From NCBI GenBank assembly GCA_021432655.1, contig MU271273.1, positions 1 through 64,000 of the forward strand: DNA of 64,000 nt, in the 5' to 3' direction. Origin of the DNA: Atractiella rhizophila (lineage: Eukaryota). The position numbers were made by a program, and so were the translations under genes. The notes under the pieces were generated by a model. It was given only the letters and a program-made list of their open reading frames with translations. It was not told the origin of the DNA and did not search any database. Below are positions 63,438 to 64,000 of the stretch, piece after piece (within the stretch, counting starts at the first letter, position 1; each line of letters opens with the position of its first letter).

Positions 63438-64000
63438 ATAGACCTCGCACCACTTTTTATTAGCTTCCGGATTTATTCAGCTTGTTTTCAGTTCATATTC
63501 AGTCTCAAGGTCACAATTATTTACTTTCTTGATATGAAAATGCATTGCAATATATATATTCAAACCTAGTAACAACACTCAAACTCACCTTTTGGCCCTA
63601 CCGTTTCTAGAAGTTATCTCGAAAGCAGACGAATCTGCTATGTACAAAACCAAAACCGCAGTTTACCTTTGAAATAAGATCTCAGGCTCTCCGCTCTCAT
63701 CATATCAGAAAGAGAGTACTAACCATGCTTCCCACCACTTTCAATACTTTTTGTCTGCCTCAAACCATGCAAGGATCAGAAGCTAGCGGAAAAAACAGCA
63801 AGTAAACATACCACTGTCGAAGCCACTAGCCAAGCCAATTAATCCGAACTGCAAACTAAATAATCTGTCACCCCCATTAACCTTTGTTAATACGAAGAGC
63901 ACGTTAGCGAGTGGCAAGACCGACCTGGAAAACTTCGATCTGCTTCTAAGCTCAGAATGCATATAAGGTCTAGCTCATGTGATCAGACATTGTGAAAAAC

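Overview
Eukaryotic, transposon-dense window, most likely from a basidiomycete fungus: short GT-AG introns, DUF6533/DUF6534-type membrane proteins, a FunK1-type kinase relic and a Zn2Cys6 factor. All calls were made by eye. Mobile elements dominate: five Helitron-derived segments sharing a CTTG 3' end, a young full-length Ty1/Copia element (50787-55522) inside a P-element-like transposase gene, Ty3/Gypsy, hAT and solo-LTR remnants, and a complete 7.5-kb TIR element (17217-24737). Top observations: (1) the TIR element encodes a CACTA/Tnp2-type transposase plus divergent unknown ORFs but has a 7-bp target-site duplication, supported by empty sites in paralogous Helitron copies; (2) the Helitron 3' ends share a terminal hairpin with an invariant 9-nt loop (GAGGGACGA) on a covarying stem; (3) a 274-bp Helitron 3' fragment interrupts the Zn2Cys6 gene with a perfect 10-bp duplication, unexpected for rolling-circle insertion; (4) an in-frame 230-bp duplication joined by an A13 tract. 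No rRNA, tRNA or CRISPR features were recognised.
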